The position numbers and the translations under genes are program-made. Shown piece by piece: positions 1 through 13,250 of a stretch of 64,000 nucleotides of DNA. The stretch's first letter is position 1. Every line of letters begins with the position of its first letter. The notes beneath the pieces are model-generated. The model had not been told where the DNA came from, did not search any database, and saw nothing but the letters and a program-made list of their open reading frames with translations. The stretch is from positions 118,358,001 to 118,422,000 of the forward strand of contig OZ260661.1 in the NCBI GenBank assembly GCA_965285935.1. Reading direction: 5' to 3'. This DNA is from Ophelia neglecta. Taxonomy: Eukaryota.

Positions 1-3000
1 CTGTTAATTAAATGCTGAGAAATGATCGCTCCTCTGGGAAATGATTTGTATATTTTGCTCTTGACGGTTGTCTGTAAATTGTTTTAAAAAGTCAGTCCCT
101 TTGTGATATTTCAAAATTCTAGTCTATTTAGTTAGAAATTTGATCAGATTCTGGAGTATTGTACAAGGGGAGATTGTCTACTCTATTTTAATATAACAAT
201 GAACGTGCGTGCCATTTACCGAGTTGGACCTCTTTAAAGGTTGATTGGTGTTATCCTTCAAAACCGTCAAATCGGTGGCTGATGGAATCCCTGCAGAATC
301 ACTATTATAATCATGGGATACCACATAGTACTCAGTTTATTTGTCTGTCATTGTTTTCTCTCGAGATATCATACCAAATATCAGTGCTATTTCCAACGAA
401 CTGTAAGATAATTGTAATGAAATATAATGCATTTTTACTGATTCTTGGTGGAAATATTACATTTGAAATTCGCACATTTGTCAACAAATTGTTTTGTCTT
501 AAACTTGTTAGACGCTGACATACATTAATGACATCGTTTGTCCGATCCCGATAATGACACTGTCCACCAAATATTATTGGACATAAACACAGATTAAAAA
601 CAAATAGTCAACTTAATATTGTAGCTTTTATAAAAGATATTTACAACAGAGAAATGTTCATTAGGTTATCCAAATATGTTAGTAGTATGCCTTCTGGCTC
701 ACCCTGTCGTATTATGTCGTCGTTATTTTTGTCTTGAGTTTTAGCTTCGTGCGCCAAGGTCCAACATGAACCCTTTTCATCCTAAAACAACTGTAAATAT
801 GATACTGTATATATTAGTCTCTTAGATATAAGATTTAGTGTAAAAGTTTGTTATCGTTGTGCAAGTCTCTTGTAAATGTACAAGTATACCGTCATCATTG
901 AATCCAATCAAATTGTCCTGGCCGTGAATTTATTAAAACAGCTTCATTAATATTGTACAAAATGAAAGTGTACCATATTAACATTGTCGTATCTGTCTAT
1001 TTTTGTGAAATGATAAAATTGGTTTACAAAATACCAGTTCTATGTTCTCCTTATCGAACTGCATTTATCATTTGACCAGTTTTTCATAACGTATATTAAA
1101 GGACCAATCATATATCTGCGATCAGCGTCATATTTTCCTATTAAATGCCGTCTCAGCTTTTACATGGCCTTTATAATTTCTATAAATAAAATCTTGTTCT
1201 TTTTATATGTTGCACATCTTAATTCGTCGTATCGGACGAAAAAAGTGCCGGATTTGTATTTTACACCTTATGACGTGTTGGGACAAAAATAGTTATACTA
1301 CTTTTAGATATATGGCAGCCGGCAAACACAATCGTTTTGAATGTGCCAAATGATACTTGTGGTTTACATCTCAACAATGATTTGTCGTTATTTAGATGAA
1401 AGAAATGGCCGACTCGTGTTGTTAGTATTTTTATCGCTATTCATAAAGCTGGTATGAAGGCAGCTGTTTGCTAATAGCTGGAGGTTACTGTTTGAAGAAC
1501 TGAAACAAACTAGCAGAATTAATCCGGATTTCTTCAGAGTGTATTCCTAACATGGTATTAAGTCGTCCCGCAGTGTGCCAGGATATCCAGTAGTTATTGG
1601 CCGTTATTGTGATCGGTACTGACAGAAATAAGCCCTGTTGGTAATCTAGATCAACAGAAAGGAAGGGCTCATGGAATGTTTTACCCTTAATCATTGCTCA
1701 TTTCATTTTGCATCACACTTATCATTGAACATAAAAAATTGTATTTGAAAATCGTAGAATTTAGGCAAACTATTTTTTAGCCTGCTCACTGTCACCAGGT
1801 CAGAAATAGGTCCAGCACACTTGGTACTTTTTATAAAAAATATGCAACCAAAAGACGAGATCCGTGGTAACCAGCTGGCGGATCATCATAGTGTAGGTTC
1901 CAAAAATTAATCACAGTATATTAACCGATGACTGTATATTGAATCCGGAAAGGACTAAAAATCGAAGGATATGAATAGTGGTCGCTAGTGACATTTTGTC
2001 ACAATTGGAGAAATCAGCTATAGATATATTGAATTAAATGATAAAATAATGTTGGCGCGAGCTTGAATAAGCATTCACAGTGATCCCATCAACCTTTACT
2101 CATTTATAAGCTTGTTCGGGACCACTTGTCCTGTTGACACCATAAATCATTGTGTTCTAGAAGTAAACAGCCAGACATAGACCGGATACCCTTCAGTTTC
2201 CGGTCCAGAGGGTCAATTATACCTCACACTGCATATTTCAGTGTCACTTGCACGACTTTTCACTCATTTACGCTATTAAATAGAATTAATAGAGGAATCA
2301 CTAGGTTGAAAATATGTTGCAGTTAATATTGTGGATTTAACTGATAATTTATATTTTTTCAAAATAGTGGGGAGATATGCATTTCCTCCGACGCCTGTGC
2401 CTCCGCTGCCGCAATTTCGGGCAATTTTTCGACTGAGAAAAAATCATACTTTGTGTTGTTTTTTTCGATTTTAGGCAATTGTATGTGTTTTGATTGAAAG
2501 CAGTTTTTGGTGGGATAAGCCCCTGTACCCTTATAGATAATAGTTTGCTTCCTACTCAAATGCTGAGCACCTGAACTGGTATCCTATGTACATTCATTGC
2601 TGAATATTTCCCTATGTTCCATATCGACGAGTCTACTAATAATTGCGTTCTCAACCCAGAATACTAGTACAAAGATATTGCAGTCAAATAAATGTTGGTT
2701 TTCTTATAAGTAAATTACCTTCTGTAACTAAGGACTCTATATTTTTAAAAGGTGATCCTCAAAACGCTAAAATTATGCTTAAGGCTACAGTGAATGTTTC
2801 CAGCGGTCAGGGCAATTAGGTCGATTTACCGAAACAGAAAACCTAGCTATCCAAGAGATTAATTTTTCTATCAGAAATAAAAGTAAATGCATATCAAGAC
2901 TCTAATGAACTCTGATGAAGAGTCAATGCTGGGATACAAGAAAGTAGGGATTGGAAACAGTGAGGCCTTCAAAGCAACTTCAAAGTTGGCCATTGTTTAT

Positions 3001-3309
3001 GTAACAAGATCTCGCACTCGCCGAGACTTTGCGCGATTTCGCGTGAGCGTCATGAGAAGCGCCATGATCATGAAAATTCTTTTGAGTGTATCACTTAATT
3101 ACCTAAATTATTGACAGAAATTGTCGATTTCAATGTAATATAAGCTTCAGTACCTATGAATTATTTGTTTCTATAAAGTATTGTAGGAAGGGGAAGCCTG
3201 GTTAAGGCTGTATCTGGTCAAGTAAATTGATACGGCCAGACGGCTTGATCCCGCCATGGATTGATTGGGTTACACTCCTGGCTGGGTATTATATTGAATA
3301 TTTTTAATT

Positions 3310-4262
3310 TACAAAAACTATCTACCCCACAACAAAAACACAAGTACCATTTTGAAGCTATCATTATGCTGCAGCCCTTAAAACTTAAAGCAAGTCTCTA
3401 AGAGACATAATAATTTTTTAGAGCCTTGAAATTTCTGTGTTTCTGGCCGCGATTAATTTTCTGACAGATGTTATATTTGTGTACGTGTTTGAATTTGATA
3501 ATCTTAGTTTTCACCAAAATATCTATTCCACAGCAAAAAAAACATGAGCCGTTTTAAAGCTAATGTTATGCTTCATTCCTTAAAACAAGAAGCAAGTCTC
3601 TAAGAGACATAATAAAGTTTTTAGAGCCTAGTAACTTCTGTGGATCTGGCCGCGATTAATTTTCTGACAGATGTTATATTTGTTTACGTGTTTGAATTTG
3701 ATAATCTTAGTTTTCACCAAAATATCTATTCCACAGCAAAAAAACATGAGCCGTTTTAAAGCTTATGTTATGCTTCATTCCTTAAAACAAGAAGCAAGTC
3801 TCTAAGAGACATAATAAAGTTTTTAGAGCCTAGTAACTTCTGTGGATCTGGCCGCGATTAATTTTCTGACAGATGCAATATTGATGTACGTGTTCGAATT
3901 TGATAATCTTAGTTTTCACCAAAATATCTATTCCACAGCAAAAAAACATGAGCCGTTATAAAGCTAATGTTATGCTTCATTCCTTAAAACAAGAAGCAAG
4001 TCTCTAAGAGACATAATAAAGTTTTTAGAGCCTAGTAACTTCTGTGGATCTGGCCGCGATTAATTTTCTGACAGATGCCATATTGATGTACGTGTTTGAA
4101 TTTGATAATCTTAGTTTTCAACAAAATATCTATTCCACAGCAAAAATAAATGTACCATTTTAATGCTATTATTATGCTGTATCCCCTTAAGCTAGAGGCA
4201 GGTCTCTAAGGGACATGATATAGTTTTTAGAGCCTAGTAACTTTTGTCGATCTGGCCGGGAT
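3310..4262. repeat. Tandem repeat, ~202-bp unit, ~4.7 copies (last unit resumes at ~5592-5625 after a MITE insertion)
   Basis: Motif ATCTATTCCACAGC recurs at 3521, 3724, 3926, 4128 (degenerate at 3320); inner copies nearly identical, outer copies diverged. Confidence 0.95.
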
Positions 4263-4962
4263 CACAGGTACGCGAGGCGTCTATCACCTACTACCTATAG
4301 ATAACTAAAGGTTTGCAACTTCGCTGCTGCGAGGCACGCAACTTGTCGGTCCAAGCTGTACTTCGCGATATATATAACTCCAGCAGTGATTTTCGGCAGA
4401 CAACGCCACTTTCAGGAAATAAAAGTATCACAAAAGCAACTAATTCGAACGTGTGTTCTTTTTGGTCCATAATGAAGCTGTCCCGATTAAAAGTAATCAT
4501 ATCCGAGCTACCCATTCATATTTTACCGTGTCTAAGTACGGCTCAAGCCATGGGAGACCGTCCATCTTTGTCAACAAGTCGGCGGCACCGGGCTCGACTC
4601 TGATGCGGCCGCTGATTGGTCAGACTCGTAACTTTAATATTTTTCCAAAATAAAATACTGGTAAATAAACCACTATTTCTTTTCGATGTGTTTGCCGATT
4701 CGGAATTTGTGTGCATAAATACAAAAACATAGAATGGGTAAATATTTTATAATAAGCATTTTATTACTGATCGCCGTGTATCATGGGATCGAACCGCCAT
4801 CTTGAATGGAGACCCAACAACAACATTTTACGAACGATTCGGACATTTACCTGTTTACTTGTCTACTCATCTCCCTATTGCAAGGTGAAACTGTGTAAAT
4901 ATCAATACCCCCCCCCCCCCCTGTTAGAGATCGTATCAATTGCCTGCCCCCCCCCCCCCCCT

Positions 4963-5009
<47 letters not shown>

Positions 5010-5583
5010 TTCTGTCGACCTTCGTGTAATAAGTTGGCCAAAATAGGCTTGATTGATTTGATCAGAATCAATCAAATGAATGAATAGGTTAATTGCAAAT
5101 AGCTAAGAGACATTGTTGCCCCAGTAGACAGTGAAACGTCTGAGTGAAACCTGTGACAAACATTAGGTTAACGAGATTGACTTCAACCTAGGTCGACCAA
5201 TGGGCAATAGGCTATCTATGTACTACGTGGCTGCTGTATGTGGCGGGCCTGCCTGGTTACGCTGAAGATCGATCTTGACAGGCAAGCAACTTACCATTGA
5301 TATTTGGCGAAAATTACTGAACGAGTGCCAGAAATGGCTCGAAATGGTATTAAAGTGGACTAAAACACACAAAGGGTTCGCATAGATAATCATTGTTTGG
5401 AATTTATTGGCAAACATTGTTATGGCAGCCGAGAAACACGACTTAGACGCGATATCGGTGGCCTAATACTTGGACCGACAAGTTGCTAGTGTAGCGGTGG
5501 GGTGTTAACACTGGGCGCACAGCGAAGTTGCAAACCTTTAGTTATCTATAGGTAGTAGGTGATAGACGCCTCGCGTACCTGTG
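4263..5583. mobile_element. Non-autonomous DNA transposon (MITE), P-element-like
   Basis: Perfect 64-bp TIRs (4263-4326 / 5520-5583, CACAGGTACGCGAGG...CCTCGCGTACCTGTG), an extra subterminal inverted block (GCAACTTGTCGGTCCAAG), 8-bp TSD GCCGGGAT at 4255-4262 and 5584-5591; no transposase ORF. CANRG ends plus an 8-bp TSD fit the P superfamily (hAT not excluded). Confidence 0.9.
4907..5005. repeat. poly-C tracts and (CA)n microsatellite inside the MITE
   Basis: Directly visible C runs and CA repeat. Confidence 0.95.
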
Positions 5584-5849
5584 GCCGGGATTTATAACTT
5601 GACAGATTTAATATTGGTGTACATGCTGCATCGACACCGCAGGCAACTGATACGCCACCTGACGAAAGTAATCACATGAAAGGAGCCGCCAGTGATGATA
5701 GATAACAGATAATTAACACGAGAACAATAGCGAGTGATAGATGCCATCAAAGGACACTACCGCCTTCCAATCCCTGTTTCTTGTGTCCCAGGTCAATGTA
5801 AGGCTTTTTAAGAATAAACATTTTTTTCACTTTTTATCAATTTCAGTTC

Positions 5850-6280
5850 CAGCCTGAAAACCACAAACATAATAATCTTCGAAGAGCATGGATGACAATC
5901 AAAGAGCTTAAAAATAAGAGGCAAATAGCATTATCATCGATTGGTTTTCCATGAAGGAAGACATATTCGAGAATAAAAATATCATTGATCGATAATTTAA
6001 CGAGTTTTTTTTGGCTAACATTTGCCCTACCTCTGCGAAAGGATTACTATCTCAAACTCACCGTTTGAGTATTTTACACCTTGTGTGAAATCAAATTTCA
6101 TTGAACAAGTTAGTTAACTTAATTTCTTAATATAATCAAGCTATCAAAGATAGAGGACCTGAATATGATTGTGTATATTCTAAAATTGTGAAATCATATA
6201 ATCATGAAATTATCGACCCTTTAACTGACACTCTCAACTTATCTATTACCATGCAAGAGCATCTTTCCTACAAGTTAAGG
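5850..6280 (+). mobile_element. Highly degenerate CR1/L2-group LINE ORF2 remnant
   Basis: Frameshifted peptides resembling the EN-RT linker and RT N-terminus: NNLRRAWMTIKEL, FNEFF..NICPT, KDRGPEYDCVYSKIVKSYNHEIIDPLTDTLNLSI. Confidence 0.55.
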
Positions 6281-6543
6281 CTCGAGAAGAAAAGTTGTTT
6301 TAATCACATATGGTAGACATACCGCACAAATGAACCCATAAATAACCACGTGTCTTCCACAATCCCACAATTCCAAAACAATACCATCCCCGGTCAAAAA
6401 TGGTTTACCATTTATAAGCATACTATCTAGATATTACTGTTAACACCTAAACCAGGCAACCCGGATATGTTTTCTGCCTTTTTTGGCCAATCACAGGCCA
6501 GCCAACTTTATTATTGCCCTGAGGGCTCTGGAACACCTATCAG

Positions 6544-9500
6544 GGTTTGGATTTGGATTTTTGGGGCTTAACGACACATAGACACCATGTGGGTCATTTA
6601 GTGTCTTAAGTTGGGTATAGTTTATTGTTCATTGTACTGTCTATTTTTATTTACATGGGAATATTCGTAAGATGTAAGAGGTTATTGAGCTCTATTTCGT
6701 AAAAAATCTTCTAGGTGGGTGGGTCAGATGTTTTTCTGACTAAAATGTGTTAGTAAAGGAACATAAAAGGTTAGTTGTTTAATAAATAGATAAAAGAAAG
6801 TTCCATAAACTTTCGCATTTTTAAAATTGTTTTCACGTTTAAGATGTACTACATTTTGTAGTAGAGATCTATAGACCTCAAGAAACCAAGGATCTGCTGT
6901 GGGCAGACCTTGTCAAATAAGGTTTTGAGGCTGTTAACGTTATAAAAACGGCGAAATCGCTGCATTCCAACAGAATGTGTTGGATGGTTATCTGGCATTG
7001 GCAGCCCTCACAAAAAGGTGGGTCTTCTCTTCTCAGTAGGTGAGTATGTGTATAATGTGAGTGGCCGATGCGCAGTCGAGACATGATCAAGTCGTCCCTC
7101 CGGGAGGCAAGAGGCTGTCGAAATGATTTCGGTATGGTGGGGCAGATAGAGTGCAGTTTGTTTTCTATGGCCTGATCCCAGGCGGTTTGCCATTGTTTCC
7201 AGCCATATTGGTTTATTGGGCTCTTGAAGTCAGAAGATGGGATTTTGATTGGGAAGATGGAATCTTCCAGTGCCTCTTTTGCATATTTGTCGGCAGCCTC
7301 GTTGCCTTTGATGCCCACGTGGCTGGGCACCCACAGGAGTACAACAGTTTTTCCTCTTTTGAGGATTTTATTTAAGGTTTCTCGCCGGGAGAGAACCAAA
7401 GGGTTAGACCAGCTAAACCCTTCTAGTGCCTGGAGGGACGACATTGAGTCTGATTCGATGACAAATTTTCTGTCTCTAGACTGGATGATATGGTTTAGAG
7501 CAAGATCTATGGCTGTTATTTCGGCAGTGAAGATGGAGCTGTGATCGGGGAGGCGCATCCTGGAGGTGAAGGCATGGGCGACAGCTGCCGCCGCCACTTT
7601 CTCCTCGAGCTTCGACCCATCCGTGAAGATAAAGGTATGGTCATGGTACACTTCTGACCGGATCAGATTGAACCTTGTACAATAAATCAGTGGTGAAGTG
7701 TAGTTTATTACCAGTGACCATAAACCAGTCCACCACCAGTGGCCTATATGTCCATGGTGGTGTCTTCGGCAGTGTGGCATCAGCAATCCATCTGAGTTCA
7801 ACGCCCAGATTTTCTAGGGATTGCTTGATGCGGATACCAAATGGAGGGATTGTGTTTTTGGTAGCAAATAGTTCACTGTCCGGAGGGTCAAAGACACTCG
7901 AGAAGGCAGGGTTGGCGGGGTCAGCGTGTAATTTGACTGCATATTGCAGTCCTAGTCTCTCTCTTCTTAGGTGAAGAGGAGGCACGCATGCCTCCACCCC
8001 CAGGCTGTCCTTTGGAGATGTTCGATATGCACCAGTGCATATACGAAGGGCCTGGTTTTGCACAGGATCTAGCATTTTTATGTAGCTTTTTGGTGAAGAT
8101 CCATAAACAAAACAGCCATAATCGAGTTTTGATCTAACAAGGCTCTGGTACAGACATAACAGAACCTTGCGATCAGCACCCCAGTCCATGCTAGACACGA
8201 CACGAAGGAGGTTCAACGCCTTTTGGCAACTCTGTCTCAAGTATTTGATATGGGGGAGAAAGTTGAGTTTTTTGTCGTAGAGCAGTCCAAGGAATTTAAA
8301 TGTTTCAACTACAGGAACAGGAGATCCATTGAGGGTTAACTCTGGATCTGGATGGAGTTTCCTCTTCCTGCAGAAGTGAACACAGACCGTCTTTGACGGG
8401 GAAAACTTGAAACCATTTTCGTTCGACCATTTTTGTAATTTGTTGAGACAGAGTTGCAGTTGCCGTTCTATCGTGCGCATGCACTGAGATCTGTAGCCTG
8501 TCTGGAAGTCATCCACATATAAAGAGGGATCAGTATTTCTTGTCACGCATTTAACAATACTGTTTATTTTAATGGTAAATAGAGTGACAGACAGTATGGC
8601 TCCCTGTGGGACGCCGGCTTCTTGGATAAAAGGGTTAGATAGAGTAGCCCCCATTCTAACCTGGAATGACCGGTCGTCTAAGAAATATTTGATAAAATTT
8701 GGGAGAAGGCCTCGGAGACCGAAATCATGGAGATCTTTCATGATCCCATGTTTCCATGTGGTGTCATAGGCCTTCTCGATATCGAAGAAAATGGCAACGT
8801 AGTGCTCGCCCCTTACGAAGGCTTGTCTTATAGAGGTTTCGAGACGAACTAGATGATCTATGGTGCTCCTGCCCCTCCTGAACCCAGATTGGTACACCGT
8901 TAACAGCTTGTTGGTTTCGAGGAACCAGACAAGTCTGTCGTTGATGATCCTCTCCATGGTCTTGCAGAGACAGCTGGTGAGAGCTATGGGACGGTAGTTG
9001 GTACTTTCAGTGGCATCTTTTCCTGGTTTTGGTATAGGTATAACTATTGCTTTTTTCCACGAAGGTGGGAATGTTTCGGTTTCCCAGATAAAATTGAACA
9101 TGTCCGTGAGGATTTGGAGGGAACTAGGGGGAGATGTTTGAGGAATTGGTAGTGGATTTGATCCGGACCAGGGGCCGAATCGTGGGTTTTAGATAAAGAA
9201 CTCTGAAGTTCACGGACTGTTATTGATCTATTGTAAGGCATGTCTTGTTTGGTGTGGAAGTTGAGTGGGATTTTTTCTTGAATTTTTTTATGTTGTTGAA
9301 AGGAGTGGGTATAATTTTGGGAAGAGGAGTTTCGGGCGAAACTCTCTCCGAGGCAGTTTGCTATGTCTATAGTGTCGGTGATTGTTGAGTTATTGTGTGT
9401 GAGATGGATTATTGTTTGACTCACTCCTTTGCCACTGATTTTCCGAACTACGTCCCAGGTCTTTTTCAAAGAACTGTGATGGTTCAGCTGGGACACGTAA

Positions 9501-10922
9501 TTGTGCCAGCTGCTCATCTTTGCCTCTCTCACCACCTTACGAGCTTTGGCTCGAAGGATTTTAAAAGAGTCCAAATTTGCCTGGATGGGATGACGTCTAA
9601 AACGTCTTTGGGCCTTTTGTCTCTCTTTTATAGCCGCTCTGCATTCTTCATTAAACCATGGTTTGGATCGCTTTTTTGGTGTACCACTGGACCTCGGGAT
9701 GCACTCAGCAGCAATGTCATGGACAATGGTGGTGAATGCATCCATCGGATTCTCAGCCCGTTGGAATGTCTCTGGTACAATTTTTTCTTCACAGAGAGTG
9801 GTGAATTTAGTCCAGTCCGCTCTGCGCAGTTTCCATTGCGGGACTCCCTCTTTTTCGCCCTGGCTGGTTGGTGGTCAACCACACAGGGAAATGGTCACTG
9901 CCACAGAGGTCGGGCTGAGCGGTCCAATAGAAGTCCAGGAGAAGGGAAGGGTCACAGAGAGATACATCTATTGATGTCTGTGCCCCGTTTCCCGGGTGCA
10001 GGAAGGTAGGAGCACCTGAGTTTAAAATACATAAATTATTTGAATGTATGAAGTCCTCTAGACGTCTTCCCTTGTCGTCTGTCGTGTCTCCTCCCCATAG
10101 TGGGTTGTGGGCATTAAAGTCGCCGAGGAGAACGACAGGACTTGGGAGTTGGTCCAGGAGAGACTGTAGATCATCCATGTTTAATGGTTTTGAAGGGGGG
10201 CAATAAATGGTACAAATAGTGATTGTTTTATGTAGTGTAACCCTGATTGCAACTGCCTGCATGTTGGTGTTCAGGGTTACTTGGCTCTGAGGATTGCGAT
10301 TTTGGACTAATATAGAAACCCCACCACAAGCTCTGCCATCAATGGCAGTAGAAAAGGTGTTATAACTTGTGTAATATTTAAGTTTAAGGCTAGTTTTAGC
10401 CTTAGTCTCTTGGAGACATATAGCTGTGGGATTTCTGTCCAAAAGAGTTTCTAACTCAGGCCTATTTGTTTCAAAACTATTGATGTTCCATTGTAATATT
10501 GATTTAGTTGCCATTTTCTTTTGGGGGAGGGCCCCGATTTAATCTAATGCCTATCAGGGGGCAGCACTGCATCAGATAATTGCTATTTAGTTCACTGCAA
10601 CCTTGACAGTTGCAAAGCGAGCCGCACTGCCATCCTGGGTAATAGACCGGCATGCATTTAACCGGTAGGCTTATTGCGATAGCAATTTCGGGCCATGAAA
10701 CTTTAATTTTCGACTTTTTATGGATCCTTGAAATTATTGTCACATAGTAAGCAGCGATCGAGGAATCCTATATACCTACATTTCTTCGGAGTTGGCACTA
10801 TAGACCTTTCTCCGAAGCCACTCGTTTCTCCCATGATCCTCCGCGGTTGTGCATGCGTTAATGGGCCTAAGGGCATCTCCCAGCCACCGTGCTGTACAAC
10901 GGCATACGGATACGAGTGTTAA
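6544..10922 (-). mobile_element. I-group (Nimb-like) non-LTR retrotransposon: 5' leader + frameshifted APE endonuclease-RT-RNase H ORF + 3' UTR with (TCCAAA)n tail
   Basis: ORF pieces 10514-9807 (ILQWN, CLQET, LLGDFNAH, SDHFP), 9745-9044, 9101-7641 (YRPIALTS, GVPQG, LYVDD), 7801-6878 (IFTDGS, WVPSHVGIKGNEAADKYAK, RLRIGH, CxxC..H..C); about 4 frameshifts; tail AAAAATCCAAATCCAAACC; candidate 7-bp TSD CTATCAG at 6537-6543 and 10923-10929. Confidence 0.92.
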
Positions 10923-12679
10923 CTATCAGAAAATCGGATGCCCTTTGGCGAAAAGAAAGTGTATTGGAAAATAAATTACTCTGAGCATTGATCCTTACCA
11001 CAAAGATACTTTCTGTGGCGTAATGGACGGTTGGTCGCATGAAAAAGCGTCTAGCCGTCTGTTGAATTTGGTGACCTTTCCTTGTTAATTGGGAATGACA
11101 ATATTTTCACATGTTCAATCAAAAGCCATGCATCAATAAAGCAAATATTTAGCCATTATGGGCGGACCAATTAGCCTATAACAAACTTTAGCAAAGCAGA
11201 CATTTGTTGTTAGTAACTGGCAGCCGAAACTTCGTCAAAAGGCATCAAGCCGCTAACAAAAAAGCCGTGGATAAGACCTAACACGCACCAAAATTGTATC
11301 AACCTAAAGCATGCCCGGACAGTGAGTTTTTATATAATGATATAAGCTACATGTAGGCCTACATGTTTTATACTTGTGCATCGGCCCAACCCTTTGAAGC
11401 CTCCCAAACAACACTTCTTTCTTTCACTTTATCGTAAAAATCGTACTCTATTTATACCTGGGGTGTACCTTTGCAAATCCGAATGATATTTGGCCGGAAT
11501 GCATGGTGTAATTGCGATTACATAGCAGTACTTTTATTTTGTGCGTATGGTAAACAGTACTAGTATACCATCTTCTGGACCCACGGCTTACTGCGCAAGC
11601 GCACGCAATTGGTCTTCTTGCCTACGCACATGCGCATCGGGGGTTAGGAGTGGCTTCGATGAAGGTCTGTTCGTGCTAGGTTTTTGCCAACAGCGTGGAT
11701 GACATGAATCTCTTATAGGTGTATAATATGGATGGACACCCTAAGGCTCAGGTAGTTTGGTTACCTAAAGTCACTTGCTCTCTAGGCTTAGCGATGCAAG
11801 TTTGTAGCTAGGCGTGGATTGCTTGCTCGATAATGAGTCTGATCGGGAGAGCTTGTGATTGGCTGGCCCTTATGTGGGCGGACCATACTTCCTGAATGAA
11901 ATTTTTACAAAAATTTTATGTCAAAATTGTAAATTTGCCCTCTAGAGGCAGTGGTTGGAAAGGAAAACGTACCTATACCACTGTGAGCAGGCTGGTTTCA
12001 ATTTGTCAGACAGTAAATATTAGCAAAGTTTTAGTACCGCGTTCAAACATATTGATTGATTATATAGGCCTACAAAGGGTAAATGTAAGTTAAGGCAGCG
12101 GTATCATATATGTATAAACCATGTTCGTGACTATTGATCAGGCACTTTTGATAACATTTCGAAGCCCGAGCTAACGGATAATTATAACATTGAGGCTGGC
12201 TGGTAATTGAGAGAACATCAAATTCTCTTTTCTCAAAATCACCGATCGAGTTGATATGATACTACTATGAGAATTACTACTACTTCCTTTCCATACCCTC
12301 AAATATCGACTCTAAACTGCCTCCCTGTAAACCTCGGAGATTTGTCAAAACACCCACTTTTGTTTTAGTTGTCCCAGACCGCGGAGATTATCGGAAAGTG
12401 GCCACTTTTAAGCGAAATCAAGAACGCGAATGAATTTTCATCCTACAACAGGGGTGATGGTATCGGGGCAAAAAGACGACAACTGCTATTGAATTTTTGA
12501 AACCACATTCAAGTATTTCGCAGTTTATCATTCACATTAATACTTGCAAAATGAGAGCGAATAAATTCGACAAAAACTGCGTGTACCGTGCTATAATTTT
12601 CTTATAACCCACGAACATAGTCATTGTTGAACACCCGTTTTACAGCCGGGCGTCTCCACGGGGCTAATACACGATTGGA

Positions 12680-13225
12680 TGTTTGATATGCAGTGCCTGA
12701 GATTGCTGTTTGATATGCAGTGCCTCAGAGTTGGTGTTTGATATGCAGTGCCTCAGAGTTGGTGTTTGATATGCAGTGCCTGAGAGATGGTGTTGATATG
12801 CAGTGCCTCAGAGTTTGTGTTTGATATGCAGAGGCTCATAGTTGGTGTTTAATATGCAGTGCCTGAGATTGCTGTTTGATATGCAGTGCCTCAGAGTGGC
12901 TGTTTAATATGCAGTGCCTCAGAGTGGCTGTTTGATATGCAGTGCCTCAGAGTTGGTGTTTGATATGCAGTGCCTGAGAGATGGTGTTGATATGCAGTGC
13001 CTCAGAGTTTGTGTTTGTTATGCAGTGGCTCATAGTTGGTGTTTAATATGCAGTGCCTGAGAGGTGATAAGTGGTACATGGAATTTGACTCTTGATATGC
13101 AGTGCCTGGGAGTTATTGTTGATATGCAGTGCCTGCGATTGCTGTTTGATATGCAGTGCCTGGAAGTTGGTGTTTGATATCCAGTGGCTGAGAGCTGGTG
13201 TTTCATTTGCAGTGCCTCAGAGTTC
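12680..13225. repeat. Minisatellite, 27-28-bp unit (TTGATATGCAGTGCCTCAGAGTTGGTGT), ~18-19 copies
   Basis: Head-to-tail units visible; one short interruption at ~13065-13090. Confidence 0.95.
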
Positions 13226-13250
13226 CGGCCTTATCATCGTGTTTATTTAA

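Noticed and set aside
640-2435. Possible orphan terminal exons on the minus strand (~780-640 DEKGSCW...; ~2432-2359 EKLPEIAAAE...)
   Set aside because: Acceptor-like sites and short open frames only; no motif or linked exons to support a gene.
4783-5071. ORFs with poly-Pro/HT or CV repeats
   Set aside because: Translations of poly-C and (CA)n microsatellites inside the MITE.
12680-13225. CRISPR-like look of the 28-bp repeats
   Set aside because: Units are head-to-tail with no unique spacers, no cas genes, eukaryotic context.
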